Origin: Bdellovibrionales bacterium
Lineage (GTDB): Bacteria; Bdellovibrionota; Bdellovibrionia; Bdellovibrionales; DASUEL01
DNA length: 64,000 nt
Direction: 5' to 3'
Assembly (NCBI GenBank): GCA_050250255.1
Contig: JBFWOZ010000001.1
Coordinates: 1-64,000 of the forward strand
Shown: one piece after another, positions 47,228 through 57,427 of the stretch
How the letters are laid out: every line of letters starts with the position of its first letter
Numbering within the stretch: position 1 is the stretch's first letter
Position numbers and translations under genes: made by a program
The notes under the pieces: generated by a model
What the model was told of the DNA's origin: nothing
What the model saw: the letters and a program-made list of their open reading frames with translations, nothing else
Database searches by the model: none

Positions 47228-47857
47228 ATGTCTATTCAAAAAATGGTTTTAACTCTCTCCCTTCTTGCGCTCTCAGGATGTCTTCTGACACGCAATGAAG
47301 TCTCCGAAGAGCAGAGAATGCAGTCTCAGGTGAGTCAATTGCAAAAAACCAAAGCGGATCAAGAGGCGAACATTCAAAGCTTTGATGAACGTGTCCGAGC
47401 CATGAGTGGGCGATTGGAAACTCTCGAGCATCGGGTGGAAATTTTAACTCAAGAAAAAGACGGATTAAAAAACCAACTCGCTTCTGCGGAGAATCGTTTT
47501 AAAGAATTAGAGCAGGCGATTTTGCAAGTGGAACACACGTCCTCTGCTCCTCGACCACGCGAAGAAGAGAAAGTCGAAAACTCTCGTGAGAAAAAACGTA
47601 CCGCCTTTGACGAAGCGGAAGAATTCTACAGCCAAAAACAGTGGAAGAAGGCCATCGCTTTTTATCAAAAGTTTCGCGATAAGAATCCCAGCGGACTAGA
47701 GTTTGGTTTGGCGACTTTGAAAATTGGTCAGTGTTTTCAAGAATTAAAAATGTTTAAAGAAGCTCGTGTTTTTTATGAAGAGGTTGTCGAGAAATATCCC
47801 AAATCAAAACTCGCCAAGACAGCCACGACGAAATTGAATCAAATTAAAAAGAAGTAA
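47228..47857 (+). CDS. cpoB: CpoB/YbgF-like lipoprotein (coiled coil + TPR)
   Basis: LSGC lipobox; coiled coil; TPR ending VVEKYPKS; downstream of pal. Confidence 0.75.
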   Translation: MSIQKMVLTLSLLALSGCLLTRNEVSEEQRMQSQVSQLQKTKADQEANIQSFDERVRAMSGRLETLEHRVEILTQEKDGLKNQLASAENRFKELEQAILQVEHTSSAPRPREEEKVENSREKKRTAFDEAEEFYSQKQWKKAIAFYQKFRDKNPSGLEFGLATLKIGQCFQELKMFKEARVFYEEVVEKYPKSKLAKTATTKLNQIKKK

Positions 47858-47860
47858 ATT

Positions 47861-48892
47861 ATGGCACAAATTCAACGGGTATTGGCCGTTGAGACAAGTT
47901 GTGATGACACCTCCGTCGCGATCGTTGAGGCCGACGGGAAGGTTTTATTCTGCGAATCGGCCAATCAAGATATTTTTCATAAACCTTTTGGCGGCATCGT
48001 GCCTGAGATTGCTGGTCGCAATCATACGGAAAAGCTTTTACCTCTTATGGAAAAAGCTTTTGTCGAAACGGGCCTTACTTGGAAAGATATCGGTGGTCTT
48101 GTTGTGACTTCAAGGCCTGGTCTCGTGGGCTCTCTTCTTGTCGGTGTGGTGACCGTTAAATCCATCGCTCTTGCAAAAGGGCTTCCCTTCCTGGGAGTGA
48201 ATCACTTAGAAGGTCATATTCTGGCTCCTTTTTTAAGAGACGAAAAATATCAGCCACCTTCGAACTTTGATTTTCCTTTTGTTGCGCTGGCCGTGAGTGG
48301 TGGGCACTCTTCGCTCTACCATGTCGAAGGGTTAGGTCAATACACCGTCATCGGACGCACGATCGATGATGCGGCTGGCGAGGCTTTTGATAAATTCGCG
48401 AAAATGGTGGGCTTAGGATTTCCAGGTGGAGTTCATGTTGACCGTTTAGCAAAACAAGGTGACCGTATGGCATTTCCGTTCCCTCGAGCGATGCTGGGAG
48501 AAGATGTTTATGACTTTAGTTTTTCAGGGCTGAAATCAGCAGCGAGTCGACTCATTTCGAGCATGAAACCTCAAGAAGTGAGTGAACAGATAGAAGATTT
48601 ATGTGCTTCTTATCAAGAGGCCATTGTTGAAGTCCTCATGAGAAAATTAGAGCTCGCACTACAAAAAACAAAGCTCAAAAAGTTCATTATCACGGGCGGG
48701 GTGAGTGCAAACTCTAGGCTTCGCGAGGCGGCCGAAGAGTTGGGAATGAAGAATAAGTACCAATGGATTGTGCCTCCTATGCGCTATTGCACAGATAATG
48801 CAGCCATGATCGGTTATGTTGGCATTCAACGCATGAATAAAGGCGAAAGAGCCGATTCAAGTCTTGGAGTTTCGCCCGAAGTAACGCTATAA
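47861..48892 (+). CDS. tsaD: t6A threonylcarbamoyltransferase
   Basis: ETSCDDT, GGIVPEIA, NHLEGH, SGGH, DDAAGEAFDK, CTDNAAMI. Confidence 0.97.
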   Translation: MAQIQRVLAVETSCDDTSVAIVEADGKVLFCESANQDIFHKPFGGIVPEIAGRNHTEKLLPLMEKAFVETGLTWKDIGGLVVTSRPGLVGSLLVGVVTVKSIALAKGLPFLGVNHLEGHILAPFLRDEKYQPPSNFDFPFVALAVSGGHSSLYHVEGLGQYTVIGRTIDDAAGEAFDKFAKMVGLGFPGGVHVDRLAKQGDRMAFPFPRAMLGEDVYDFSFSGLKSAASRLISSMKPQEVSEQIEDLCASYQEAIVEVLMRKLELALQKTKLKKFIITGGVSANSRLREAAEELGMKNKYQWIVPPMRYCTDNAAMIGYVGIQRMNKGERADSSLGVSPEVTL

Positions 48893-48900
48893 GTCTGTCC

Positions 48901-49704
48901 ATGGTTCAGTACTCCCTACAAGACGTAAAAGCGAAGCTTGCCGAGCTCGGTATTTCTCCGAAGCGTGCGCTCGGTCAAAATTTTTTGATCAATCAGAGTT
49001 CCTGTCAAAAAATCCTCCAAGCCGTGCAGTCTTTTGGACCTAAAAGCATCATAGAAGTAGGGCCAGGCCTTGGTGCGATCACCGAACTTCTTTTGACGTT
49101 GAATGTACCGATGAAGGTCATGGAACTGGATTCAAAATTTAGTGAAATGTGGCGATCTCGTGGAGTCGATGTGTTGGAGGGTGATGCCCTTCACGTCAAT
49201 TGGACTCAACTCGGGATGCCCGAGCCTACGACTCTCGTCAGTAATCTTCCCTACCAAATTTCTTCTCGCCTTGTCGTAGACCGATGTCTTGAACCAGGAT
49301 CTGTACGTCATATGGTTCTCATGTTTCAAAAGGAAGTCGCAGAGCGGATGATGTCCAAACATGGGGTGAAAGAGTACGGTCTTCTCTCGGTCATCGCGCA
49401 ATCGGCCTGGGATATTGAGAAGCTTTTTGAAATCAGTTCGAAGGATTTTTTTCCGCCTCCGGCAGTGGCCAGCCGCGTTTTAGTGTTTAAATTTAAAGGC
49501 CAAGCTTTAGAACAGCGTTATTTGAATCTGGTGAAGGCTGCCTTTGGACAAAGGCGCAAACTTTTGCTATCCAACCTGTCGAAATATGCGTCTGGAGAAA
49601 GTGTTAAAAAATGCTTTGAGAAGTTGGGTTTAAACCCCCAATGTCGAGCCGAAGAATTAAGCCCTCGTCAGTTTCAGGAGATTTATCAATGTCTACGTTC
49701 TTAA
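48901..49704 (+). CDS. rsmA: 16S rRNA dimethyladenosine transferase
   Basis: LGQNFL, EVGPGLG, NLPYQIS, MFQKEVA, AFGQRRK. Confidence 0.97.
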   Translation: MVQYSLQDVKAKLAELGISPKRALGQNFLINQSSCQKILQAVQSFGPKSIIEVGPGLGAITELLLTLNVPMKVMELDSKFSEMWRSRGVDVLEGDALHVNWTQLGMPEPTTLVSNLPYQISSRLVVDRCLEPGSVRHMVLMFQKEVAERMMSKHGVKEYGLLSVIAQSAWDIEKLFEISSKDFFPPPAVASRVLVFKFKGQALEQRYLNLVKAAFGQRRKLLLSNLSKYASGESVKKCFEKLGLNPQCRAEELSPRQFQEIYQCLRS

Positions 49705-50987
49705 ATTTACTTTTTGTTCTCTTGTTACCTGTGGAGTCTTGGGCCGATATGAATTCCACTTATGGTTTTGGTTCAACCTCAGCTGCCCTTGCTGGCAGTA
49801 ATCGTGCGAAGTCTTACGATGCATTTACGGTAGAGAGAAATCCTGCGCTCATGAGTTTTTCTGGCGCGCGCACAAGTTACGGACTTCTCGGTGGCTTTGA
49901 TCAGTTTCAAGATTTAGAGAACGTGAATACCGATAGTGTTTTTCTAGGCGGTTCTAATACCACCTCCTCAGTCGACACGGATGTTCCTGACACTCTTAAT
50001 GTTCTGGTCGGCTCGATTTGGACGTTTGGAAGTTCTGATCGTGATTATCGAGTGGGTTTAACTGTTTCTGCGCCGGTGGACAAGGTCACTGAACCTACTA
50101 CGAAAGATCTCTATCAGCCTCAGTATGCCATGTACCTTTCTGATTCTCAGCGACTTAGTCTGTCTGCCGCGATTTCGCGACGCTTGGGAGAGCGGTGGAG
50201 TTTGGGTGTGGGACTTGCGTACTACTTAGTTCAAGGGGCGACTTACCAATCGCGTATGCCTTCTGACGGAGCCACAGCGAGAACAACAACCGCCAATTTA
50301 AAAACCACAGTGAAGCCAGCGTATGCTCCTCTCGCAGGACTTGCTTGGAAAGCCACAGATCGACAAACATGGTCTCTGAATTACGTGGGCATTCGTGACA
50401 GCAAATTAAAAGCTCGAAGTGAAGTGGTACTTGGAATCGTAGGGGCAACTCCTGTCGCCTTCGAAGGTGAAGCTTCTTTATTTTATGATCCTGAGACGTG
50501 GAGTTTGGGTTACACCTATGAGGGTGAAAACACAGATATTCTATTAGCTCTCGATTATGAAAGATGGGGCCGATTCAACGGCTCGGCGATGCAGTTAAGC
50601 TTTATTACTTTTCAATCCACGTTTCGCCAATACCCTGTTGATGCGCAATACAAAGATATTTTAGTGCCTCGGTTAGGTCTTTCGACTCGCGTGGGAGAAG
50701 GCTCCGTCAAAACTGGGTTGGCTTATCGCCCTTCGCCAACTCCGGCTCTTGAAAAAGAAACGAACTTCTTGGATTCAGATCGTGTGATCTATGGATTAGG
50801 TTACGGTTTTCCTTCAACGCTTTTTGGATTGCTCGATTCCCCGCTGACGATCGACCTTCATTCTCAAGTTCAGTATCTTATGCCTAAGACGGTCATCAAA
50901 GAAAATCCAAGTTCCATTGGTGGTCCTCGATATGAAGTTCGAGGCTATGTGTTCAGTTACGGAATTAACTTTAATGTAGGAATTTAA
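49689..50987 (+). CDS. FadL/OmpP1-like outer-membrane transporter
   Basis: Signal peptide; YGFG..S.ALAG; NPA motif; beta-barrel pattern. Confidence 0.75.
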   Translation: MSTFLNLLFVLLLPVESWADMNSTYGFGSTSAALAGSNRAKSYDAFTVERNPALMSFSGARTSYGLLGGFDQFQDLENVNTDSVFLGGSNTTSSVDTDVPDTLNVLVGSIWTFGSSDRDYRVGLTVSAPVDKVTEPTTKDLYQPQYAMYLSDSQRLSLSAAISRRLGERWSLGVGLAYYLVQGATYQSRMPSDGATARTTTANLKTTVKPAYAPLAGLAWKATDRQTWSLNYVGIRDSKLKARSEVVLGIVGATPVAFEGEASLFYDPETWSLGYTYEGENTDILLALDYERWGRFNGSAMQLSFITFQSTFRQYPVDAQYKDILVPRLGLSTRVGEGSVKTGLAYRPSPTPALEKETNFLDSDRVIYGLGYGFPSTLFGLLDSPLTIDLHSQVQYLMPKTVIKENPSSIGGPRYEVRGYVFSYGINFNVGI

Positions 50988-50993
50988 AAATTC

Positions 50994-51611
50994 ATGAAGG
51001 TACGTGTTCGATTAAGAACTTATTTTGTAACGGGTCTTTTGGTGATCGTGCCGGTCATTTTAACTTTTTGGCTCGCGCAGTCTGTTGTCGTTTGGGTCGA
51101 TGAAATTCTTCCGTTAGAACAACTGACGGGTAGAGACATACCGGGTTTGGGTCTTGTTCTCACACTGGTCATTATTTTGGTCGCAGGCTTTTTGGGTCAA
51201 AACTTTTTTGGTGCCTGGGTGGTGGAACAACTTTCTAATCTGGTTGCGAAGATTCCATTTATCGGTTCGGTGTATGGCAGTCTTCGCCAGGTCATGACGA
51301 CTTTGATGAACAGCCAGGGTGATCGTTTCGGACGCGCGGTACTTGTTGAATTCCCAAAAGAAGGGAGTTGGACGATTGGGTTTGTGACCGCCTCCAAGCC
51401 TCCACGCGAAATGGCAAAACATCTTTCTGAAAAGCATGTTTGCGTTTTTATTCCAACCACGCCAAATCCGACTTCCGGATTTTTTGTTTTTGCAGCTCCA
51501 GAGAACGTGAAAAACTTAGACGTGTCAGTAGATGAAGCTTTCAAAGTTTTGATTTCGCTTGGGCTTATTGGTCCTCACGGGCAAATGAGAGAGGTTTCAG
51601 AAAATGGCTAA
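50994..51611 (+). CDS. DUF502 membrane protein
   Basis: FVTGLLVIVP, IPFIGSVY, VLVEFP, FIPTTPNPTSGF. Confidence 0.9.
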   Translation: MKVRVRLRTYFVTGLLVIVPVILTFWLAQSVVVWVDEILPLEQLTGRDIPGLGLVLTLVIILVAGFLGQNFFGAWVVEQLSNLVAKIPFIGSVYGSLRQVMTTLMNSQGDRFGRAVLVEFPKEGSWTIGFVTASKPPREMAKHLSEKHVCVFIPTTPNPTSGFFVFAAPENVKNLDVSVDEAFKVLISLGLIGPHGQMREVSENG

Positions 51612-52089
51612 GCCGCATAAGCCTGCTGCGAAATCAGAGAGCGGTGGGATAAAAATTGTGACCGAAAACCGCAAGGCTCGCCATGACTACATGATCATGG
51701 ATAAGCACGAAGCCGGCATGGTGCTCACAGGCAGCGAAGTCAAATCCCTAAGGGCCGGTCAGTGCCAGCTTAAGGACTCCTACGTTGTTTTTCAAAATGG
51801 CGAAATGTATCTCCAGAACGCACATATTTCTGAATACAAAGCGAGCAGTTACAACAATCACACTCCAGAGAGAAAACGAAAACTGCTCATGCACGTGCAG
51901 GAGATCCGAAAGCTCGACTCTAAGACCCAAGAAAAAGGTCTCACGCTGATTCCTCTAAAAGTTTATTTTAAAAATGGCCGCGCCAAAGTCGAAATTGCTC
52001 TCGCAAAAGGCAAGAAGGCCCATGATAAGCGGGAGTCGATCAAGTCCCGCGACGTCGACCGCCAACTCCAACAAGAACGCCGTCGTTAA
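51604..52089 (+). CDS. smpB: SsrA-binding protein
   Basis: NRKARHDY, GSEVKSLR, RKLL, AKGKK.HDKRE. Confidence 0.98.
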   Translation: MAKPHKPAAKSESGGIKIVTENRKARHDYMIMDKHEAGMVLTGSEVKSLRAGQCQLKDSYVVFQNGEMYLQNAHISEYKASSYNNHTPERKRKLLMHVQEIRKLDSKTQEKGLTLIPLKVYFKNGRAKVEIALAKGKKAHDKRESIKSRDVDRQLQQERRR

Positions 52090-52884
52090 AAGGTGCCAGT
52101 GTCATTTTTCTGGCTACAGCAAGTCATATTCTAAGGGATGTGCACGAGAATCTATTTTAGGTAAACTAAATATTTTTCTTCGTAAGGCTTTCCTCATCGC
52201 CTCTGAGTTTTCGGTTTTAGAGGCATGGTTTAGCCAATTGAGGGTTCCGATAGGGTCAGAAAAAAGTGTCACATCTTCGACTAGGGGAATATAGAGGGGC
52301 GTATATCCAAGAGTTCCATGCAAAGTACTAAATGGATACTCTTCTACTTGAGCGCAAAGTTGTGACCTAACTGGATTTCGATATACATATTTGTACGCAT
52401 TTAGAAAATAATGGTGATTTTTAATTTCACAACGGTTGAAGCGTCCACCCCAAATCGGATTGATTCGCCCGGCTTCTTGTCCAACTGATCGACTTGTTTC
52501 CTGCATAAAATGTTGAACTCCACGACTAATATTACATTCCGGTGCAGTTACGAGCATATGGTAATGATTGCTCATTAGGACAAAGGAGTGAATTTGAAAT
52601 TGAAATGCATGATGTATAAAAAACAGATGGTCACTCATGATGTTCCATACTTTTGACATCGGTATATCAAACCATTCTTTATTAATGCATCTTGCAGATA
52701 CGTGATAAGGGTTGGTTGAGGGTAGAAAAATTCTTCGTGACATACACTATGTAAATGCAGGACTCACGCCGTCGAAGACGAGCAAGCTTTTACTAAAAGA
52801 GTGTAGGTTGTTCCGATGTACGAACTAGTTTTAATGGTATTTATAGTTGACGCTATGTAGCCAGAAAAATGACACTGGCACCTT
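52090..52884. mobile_element. RAYT locus bounded by perfect 29-bp inverted REP sequences
   Basis: 52090-52118 AAGGTGCCAGTGTCATTTTTCTGGCTACA is the exact reverse complement of 52856-52884. Confidence 0.85.
52114..52743 (-). CDS. REP-associated tyrosine transposase (HUH Y1)
   Basis: YHVSARC, FVLMSNHYHML (HUH), WGGRF, YVYRNPVR (catalytic Y), YPFST. Confidence 0.9.
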   Translation of the reverse strand: MSRRIFLPSTNPYHVSARCINKEWFDIPMSKVWNIMSDHLFFIHHAFQFQIHSFVLMSNHYHMLVTAPECNISRGVQHFMQETSRSVGQEAGRINPIWGGRFNRCEIKNHHYFLNAYKYVYRNPVRSQLCAQVEEYPFSTLHGTLGYTPLYIPLVEDVTLFSDPIGTLNWLNHASKTENSEAMRKALRRKIFSLPKIDSRAHPLEYDLL

Positions 52885-53356
52885 AAAAGACCGGTTCGTC
52901 TGCGGCAACATTATATGGGCCATGCTCGCGAACAAAAACAATCTGATCTTTATGGATTGAGAAGATCAAAATATTTCGAATCATATTATTTCCCATATCG
53001 TAAGTCGCCACGCCAATTTCTTTGTTTCCATCCCCATCTAGGTCGTAAGCAAATCGGCCCGGTTTTAAACGAAGGAAGTAGGCATAGTTCCATGCCCGGT
53101 CATCATTCGTTTGATAAACTTTAGACCAAATAATATCCTTCTTCTTTTCAGTTCCTCGGCCGCGGCCGTAAATAAAATTTACGCGATCATAATTTTTTTC
53201 CCAATCTCCTTTTTTTAGGTGGAGCCATGTTCTATTTTTCAACTGAAGAAACGTACGACTCAAGTCTTCGATAGGGGGATCTGCGTGTATAGTCGTGCAA
53301 ATAAAAATTATAAATAATGCTGGGAAAGCTTTACTTCTTTTTGCGAGATTTTTCAT
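52883..53356 (-). CDS. exported hypothetical protein
   Basis: Signal peptide; DLDGDGNKEI Ca-binding/FG-GAP-like motif; overlaps end of upstream gene. Confidence 0.55.
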   Translation of the reverse strand: MKNLAKRSKAFPALFIIFICTTIHADPPIEDLSRTFLQLKNRTWLHLKKGDWEKNYDRVNFIYGRGRGTEKKKDIIWSKVYQTNDDRAWNYAYFLRLKPGRFAYDLDGDGNKEIGVATYDMGNNMIRNILIFSIHKDQIVFVREHGPYNVAADEPVF

Positions 53357-54043
53357 AGAATAACAAAACTTTATCAGCATAAATATCTCCCCCCTTGTCT
53401 CGTGAATGATACTCTCTGACAACTTGACGGACATTTCTCTTTTTTGGATTTTTAATTTGAGACCATTTGTGACCTAATATCCGCACTCCTAAAGCAATAT
53501 TGGTAACTGGATCAAGTTTATCAGATTTGTCGACGTGAATAAGATGTTTACGCATTTCGATCCATTTCTCTTGGTTTGGAAAGCCGCCCATAACACGTAA
53601 GGATTGGTCAGTGACCTGCATAAGTCCTGCGGCGGTGCTGTTGCTTTCGTGATTTTGCTTGGGTCGAACGTCGATTCGACCGCGATCATCGCTTTGACTA
53701 TAAGTGGATCGAGATCTTTCGGAAACTCAATTCCTTGAGCTTTCCAATAATCTAGCCAAAATTGAATCAACGGGTCGAATTCCGCTCCTAATCCTTCAAA
53801 TCCTTTAATCTCATTTAATATAGGGTATTTCTTTTTGGAGTTCCAAAACAGAAAATGAATATTCTCCTTAAGAAGGCCTGGACGGATCTTCTCACGATTT
53901 TTCCTGATGTGAGCGTCGACCCAAGTGGCCGTGCCGGACTCACAAACTCGTTTGTGTCCTTGGACCACGTGATAACCCGGAGGGCACATCTCAGACGAGC
54001 TTGGTTTGATCAGAGTTTTATATTGATTCTTGATTTTACCCAT
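53331..54043 (-). pseudogene. frameshifted SLT-type lytic transglycosylase
   Basis: KAMIAVESTFDP in ORF 53489-54046 continues as AAGLMQV..LDPVTNIALGVRIL in another frame; shift near 53640. Confidence 0.75.
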
Positions 54044-54055
54044 CAAAGACCTATT

Positions 54056-54622
54056 TTATTTGTTCCCTAAAGAAATATTTAAACGTTTTGCTTTTTCGGA
54101 GATGAGTTCCTGCCAGATGGCTTGGGACTCGGGGTCCATATTCTGTGCGACTTTTTGCAATCTTTCGATTTCTGATTTGGTTTGATGTCTAAGAGACTTG
54201 TAAAAGTAATGGTAGGCTTCCACTAATTCGTAGAATTCTTCCTCTTCGGAGGGGACGATGTCGGGGATGTTCCAGTGGCCTCGAGAGAGCATTTTGATGT
54301 GTTCTCGCATTTGTAAAAGGGGTTGGGCGAGTTTATTGGTCATGCGTAGGCCAAAGAGGAAGCTAAAAATGCTGACGCCAATGACCAGGGCCACCACGCA
54401 AATGTTCACCCAGGTTTTTTCGCGGGTTAAGTGAACGAGGAGTTCCGGGGACTGAGTGAGCGCTAAATCAATAAAAACGTTATAATTTTCATTTAAAAAA
54501 TAGAGGCTCACGATAGCAACGGGAAGAACGGCGCCTAAGATCGCGCCTACAAGGGCAAAGGTGTATTTCATTTGAAACCGGCGGTCGATCACCAATTGAT
54601 TTGTCGAAGGATAAGATGACAT
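54056..54622 (-). CDS. two-TM HAMP-like membrane protein
   Basis: IDRRFQMKY, two TMs, TNKLAQPL. Confidence 0.65.
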   Translation of the reverse strand: MSSYPSTNQLVIDRRFQMKYTFALVGAILGAVLPVAIVSLYFLNENYNVFIDLALTQSPELLVHLTREKTWVNICVVALVIGVSIFSFLFGLRMTNKLAQPLLQMREHIKMLSRGHWNIPDIVPSEEEEFYELVEAYHYFYKSLRHQTKSEIERLQKVAQNMDPESQAIWQELISEKAKRLNISLGNK

Positions 54623-54709
54623 AAAGCCTCCAGTTGATTCTCTCCCTATTATGGAATCATAATATAAAACGGACGTCAGCATTTAAGTCAGTCGATACGA
54701 GGAGATTCT

Positions 54710-55456
54710 ATGAAGTGTTCTGCGGTGATGTTGGTCATTTTTATGGTGGGTTTGCTTGGATGTTCATCAAGAGCAAAAAAACCGGCGTTGGCGAGTGAAA
54801 TGGGGACCGAGTTTAAACTCAAAAAAGATCGCTCAGACATGGAAGCTCTTCGCAAAGACATTCCCGAAGAGATACGTGCCCATAATGACGAGAGTGCCTA
54901 CCTCATAAACCTCTTTCAAGATAAACAAAAAAATCCCCAAGATATTTCGAATAAATTTAATTCTGACGTACGTCGTAAACGCGATGAATTTTCTAAATGG
55001 GAAAGACAAAAGCGAGAAGAGTACACGCGTCAGGAGGTTCGTCGTCGCGAAGACTACATGAGCGAATCGAAAAAGAAGCGCGAAGACTCTTCTGTTAAAA
55101 GTTTGAAAAGCCAAGAAAGAAGCCGCTTTTTTCAAGATTTAGAGGTCAATAGGCGTCAGTTTTTTTCGGGCGAATCAGATGCTCGCCGTAACTTTGAATC
55201 AGAATTAAAGCAAATCCGAAGCGACTTCGAAGCGGAGATGAAGGATTTGCGCTCTCGATATGATCACGAGTATAAGGCTTATTCTCAGGCCTATAACGAA
55301 AAGAAAAAAACGAATCCTTCAACCGGGTATTCGCTGTCTCCAACAACGGGAGTGCCTCCAGGCTTTACTGAGCAGGACATGAAAGATATCCAAAGCTTAC
55401 CAAAATCCAATAAGTCCCTACTTTATCCTGGCAATGGATCGGAGACTGAGGAATAA
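54710..55456 (+). CDS. coiled-coil lipoprotein
   Basis: LLGC lipobox; R/E/K-rich helix. Confidence 0.65.
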   Translation: MKCSAVMLVIFMVGLLGCSSRAKKPALASEMGTEFKLKKDRSDMEALRKDIPEEIRAHNDESAYLINLFQDKQKNPQDISNKFNSDVRRKRDEFSKWERQKREEYTRQEVRRREDYMSESKKKREDSSVKSLKSQERSRFFQDLEVNRRQFFSGESDARRNFESELKQIRSDFEAEMKDLRSRYDHEYKAYSQAYNEKKKTNPSTGYSLSPTTGVPPGFTEQDMKDIQSLPKSNKSLLYPGNGSETEE

Positions 55457-55463
55457 AGATCCC

Positions 55464-57089
55464 ATGATCCATCTTGCGAATATTACGAAAAGCATCGGCG
55501 CTCGAGTTCTTTTTCAATCCTCGAGCTTCCAAATCAATCCCGGAAATAAAATTGGTTTGGTAGGCCCTAATGGTGCGGGGAAGACCACCATTTTTCGTGT
55601 CATCACAGGCGAAGAGAGCATTGATTCTGGTTCGGTGAACATTCCTGATAAATTAGTCGTAGCTTATTTTTCTCAAGATGTGGGGGAGATGAAGGGCCGT
55701 TCGGCGCTTGAAGAAGTAAAGGCCGGAGCGCAAAGAATCTACGAGCTTGGGCGTCTTATGGCTGAACTCGAACAAAAACTTTCCGACACAAATCTTCCCG
55801 AAGACGAAATGATGTCGGTGGTTGAAAAATATGGCGAAGTTCAACACGAATACGAAGAGCGCGGTGGATATAACCTCGATACACGTGCCAAAGAAATCCT
55901 CACGGGCTTAGGTGTCCAACCCATTGATCACGATGCTCCGGTTGAAAGATTTAGTGGCGGTTGGAAGATGCGTATTGCGCTTGCGAAAGTACTTCTCTTA
56001 AATCCTGACGTACTTTTAATGGATGAACCGACGAACCATCTCGATATGGAATCGATTCTTTGGCTTGAGCAGTGGCTCATTAGTTTCAAAGGCTCTGTCC
56101 TTATGACAAGTCATGATCGTGAATTCATGAATCGCATCGTTTCGACCGTGGTAGAAGTTGCGAATCAAAAAATCACGCCTTACTCGGGGAACTACGATTT
56201 CTATGAGAAAGAACGCGAGATTCGTAAAGAACAACTCGTAGCTGCTCATAAACGCCAGCAGGATATGCTCGCCAAAGAAGAAGACTTTATCGCGCGTTTT
56301 GCTGCTCGCGCATCCCATGCGGCTCAGGTTCAATCGCGCGTAAAGAAGATTGAAAAAATCGAAAGAGTCGAGCTCCCGCCAGAAGAAAGAACCATTGATT
56401 TTGAATTCGCAAATCCTCCTCGAAGCGGAAATGAAGTGGTGAAGATGGAAAATCTCACGAAAGAATGGGTGCAGGATGAGAATCGTGTAAAGCCTGTCTT
56501 TAGCGGAATTACGGGTTTGATCCGACGCCTTGATAAAATTGCGGTGGTCGGAGTGAACGGTGCTGGTAAGTCCACCTTCTTAAAAGTGATCAGTGGTCTC
56601 ACAGACCCTACTTCAGGACGAGTCGCTTTAGGCTCTGGAGTGAAGCTTGGATATTTTAGTCAGCACTCTTTAGAAGTTTTGAAGCCCAATCGTACTGTTT
56701 TAGAAGAAGTGGAATCACGGGTTCCTAACCCAAACTTGGGTTACATAAGAAATCTTTTGGGCGCCTTCATGTTTAGCGGCGATGATGTGTACAAAAAGAT
56801 TTCGATTTTATCAGGAGGCGAAAAGAGCCGAGTGATTTTAGCTACAATGCTCGCAAATCCCCTGAACTTTTTAATTTTGGATGAGCCGACAAACCATTTG
56901 GATATTCGTTCTCGTGAAGTATTGCTCTCGGCCATTCAGAAATTTGACGGAACCGTCGTACTTGTAAGTCACGATCGTCACTTCTTGCGGGCGATTGCAC
57001 ATCGAGTGTTCGAAGTAGGACACGGTCAGCTCAATGTCTTTGAAGGCAATTACGATTATTACTTGTCAAAAGTAACTCCCAAAGCATAG
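55464..57089 (+). CDS. ABC-F family ATPase
   Basis: Two NBDs (GPNGAGKT, FSGGW, DEPTNHLD; GVNGAGKS, LSGGE); no TM segments. Confidence 0.95.
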   Translation: MIHLANITKSIGARVLFQSSSFQINPGNKIGLVGPNGAGKTTIFRVITGEESIDSGSVNIPDKLVVAYFSQDVGEMKGRSALEEVKAGAQRIYELGRLMAELEQKLSDTNLPEDEMMSVVEKYGEVQHEYEERGGYNLDTRAKEILTGLGVQPIDHDAPVERFSGGWKMRIALAKVLLLNPDVLLMDEPTNHLDMESILWLEQWLISFKGSVLMTSHDREFMNRIVSTVVEVANQKITPYSGNYDFYEKEREIRKEQLVAAHKRQQDMLAKEEDFIARFAARASHAAQVQSRVKKIEKIERVELPPEERTIDFEFANPPRSGNEVVKMENLTKEWVQDENRVKPVFSGITGLIRRLDKIAVVGVNGAGKSTFLKVISGLTDPTSGRVALGSGVKLGYFSQHSLEVLKPNRTVLEEVESRVPNPNLGYIRNLLGAFMFSGDDVYKKISILSGGEKSRVILATMLANPLNFLILDEPTNHLDIRSREVLLSAIQKFDGTVVLVSHDRHFLRAIAHRVFEVGHGQLNVFEGNYDYYLSKVTPKA

Positions 57090-57098
57090 GTTTTATTT

Positions 57099-57380
57099 AT
57101 GTCGAAGATGTCAGAAGTCACCATCGAATTGAACGGCCAAAAGAAAACGCTTTCCGTAGGCAAAGACGAAACCATTCTCGATGTGTGTTTGAAAGAGGAT
57201 GTAAACGCGCCCTATTCCTGCATGTCAGGAAGTTGCACTGCATGTTTAGCCGAATTAATTTCGGGCACCGTCGAAATGGATTACGCCGACGCTCTCACCG
57301 AAGACGAACTCAAAGAAGGCAAAATCCTCACCTGCCAAGCGAAACCAACTTCCGACAAAGTCGAAATCAAATATCCTTAG
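57099..57380 (+). CDS. 2Fe-2S ferredoxin
   Basis: PYSCMSGSCTAC...LTCQ. Confidence 0.95.
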   Translation: MSKMSEVTIELNGQKKTLSVGKDETILDVCLKEDVNAPYSCMSGSCTACLAELISGTVEMDYADALTEDELKEGKILTCQAKPTSDKVEIKYP

Positions 57381-57427
57381 CTGGGTCTATAGCTTTTTTG
57401 GCATTACCTTTGCTGATGGTAGCTCCT

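Noticed and set aside
52090..52900. tmRNA (ssrA) next to smpB
   Set aside because: No tRNA-Ala-like ends or tag reading frame seen; the region is occupied by the RAYT
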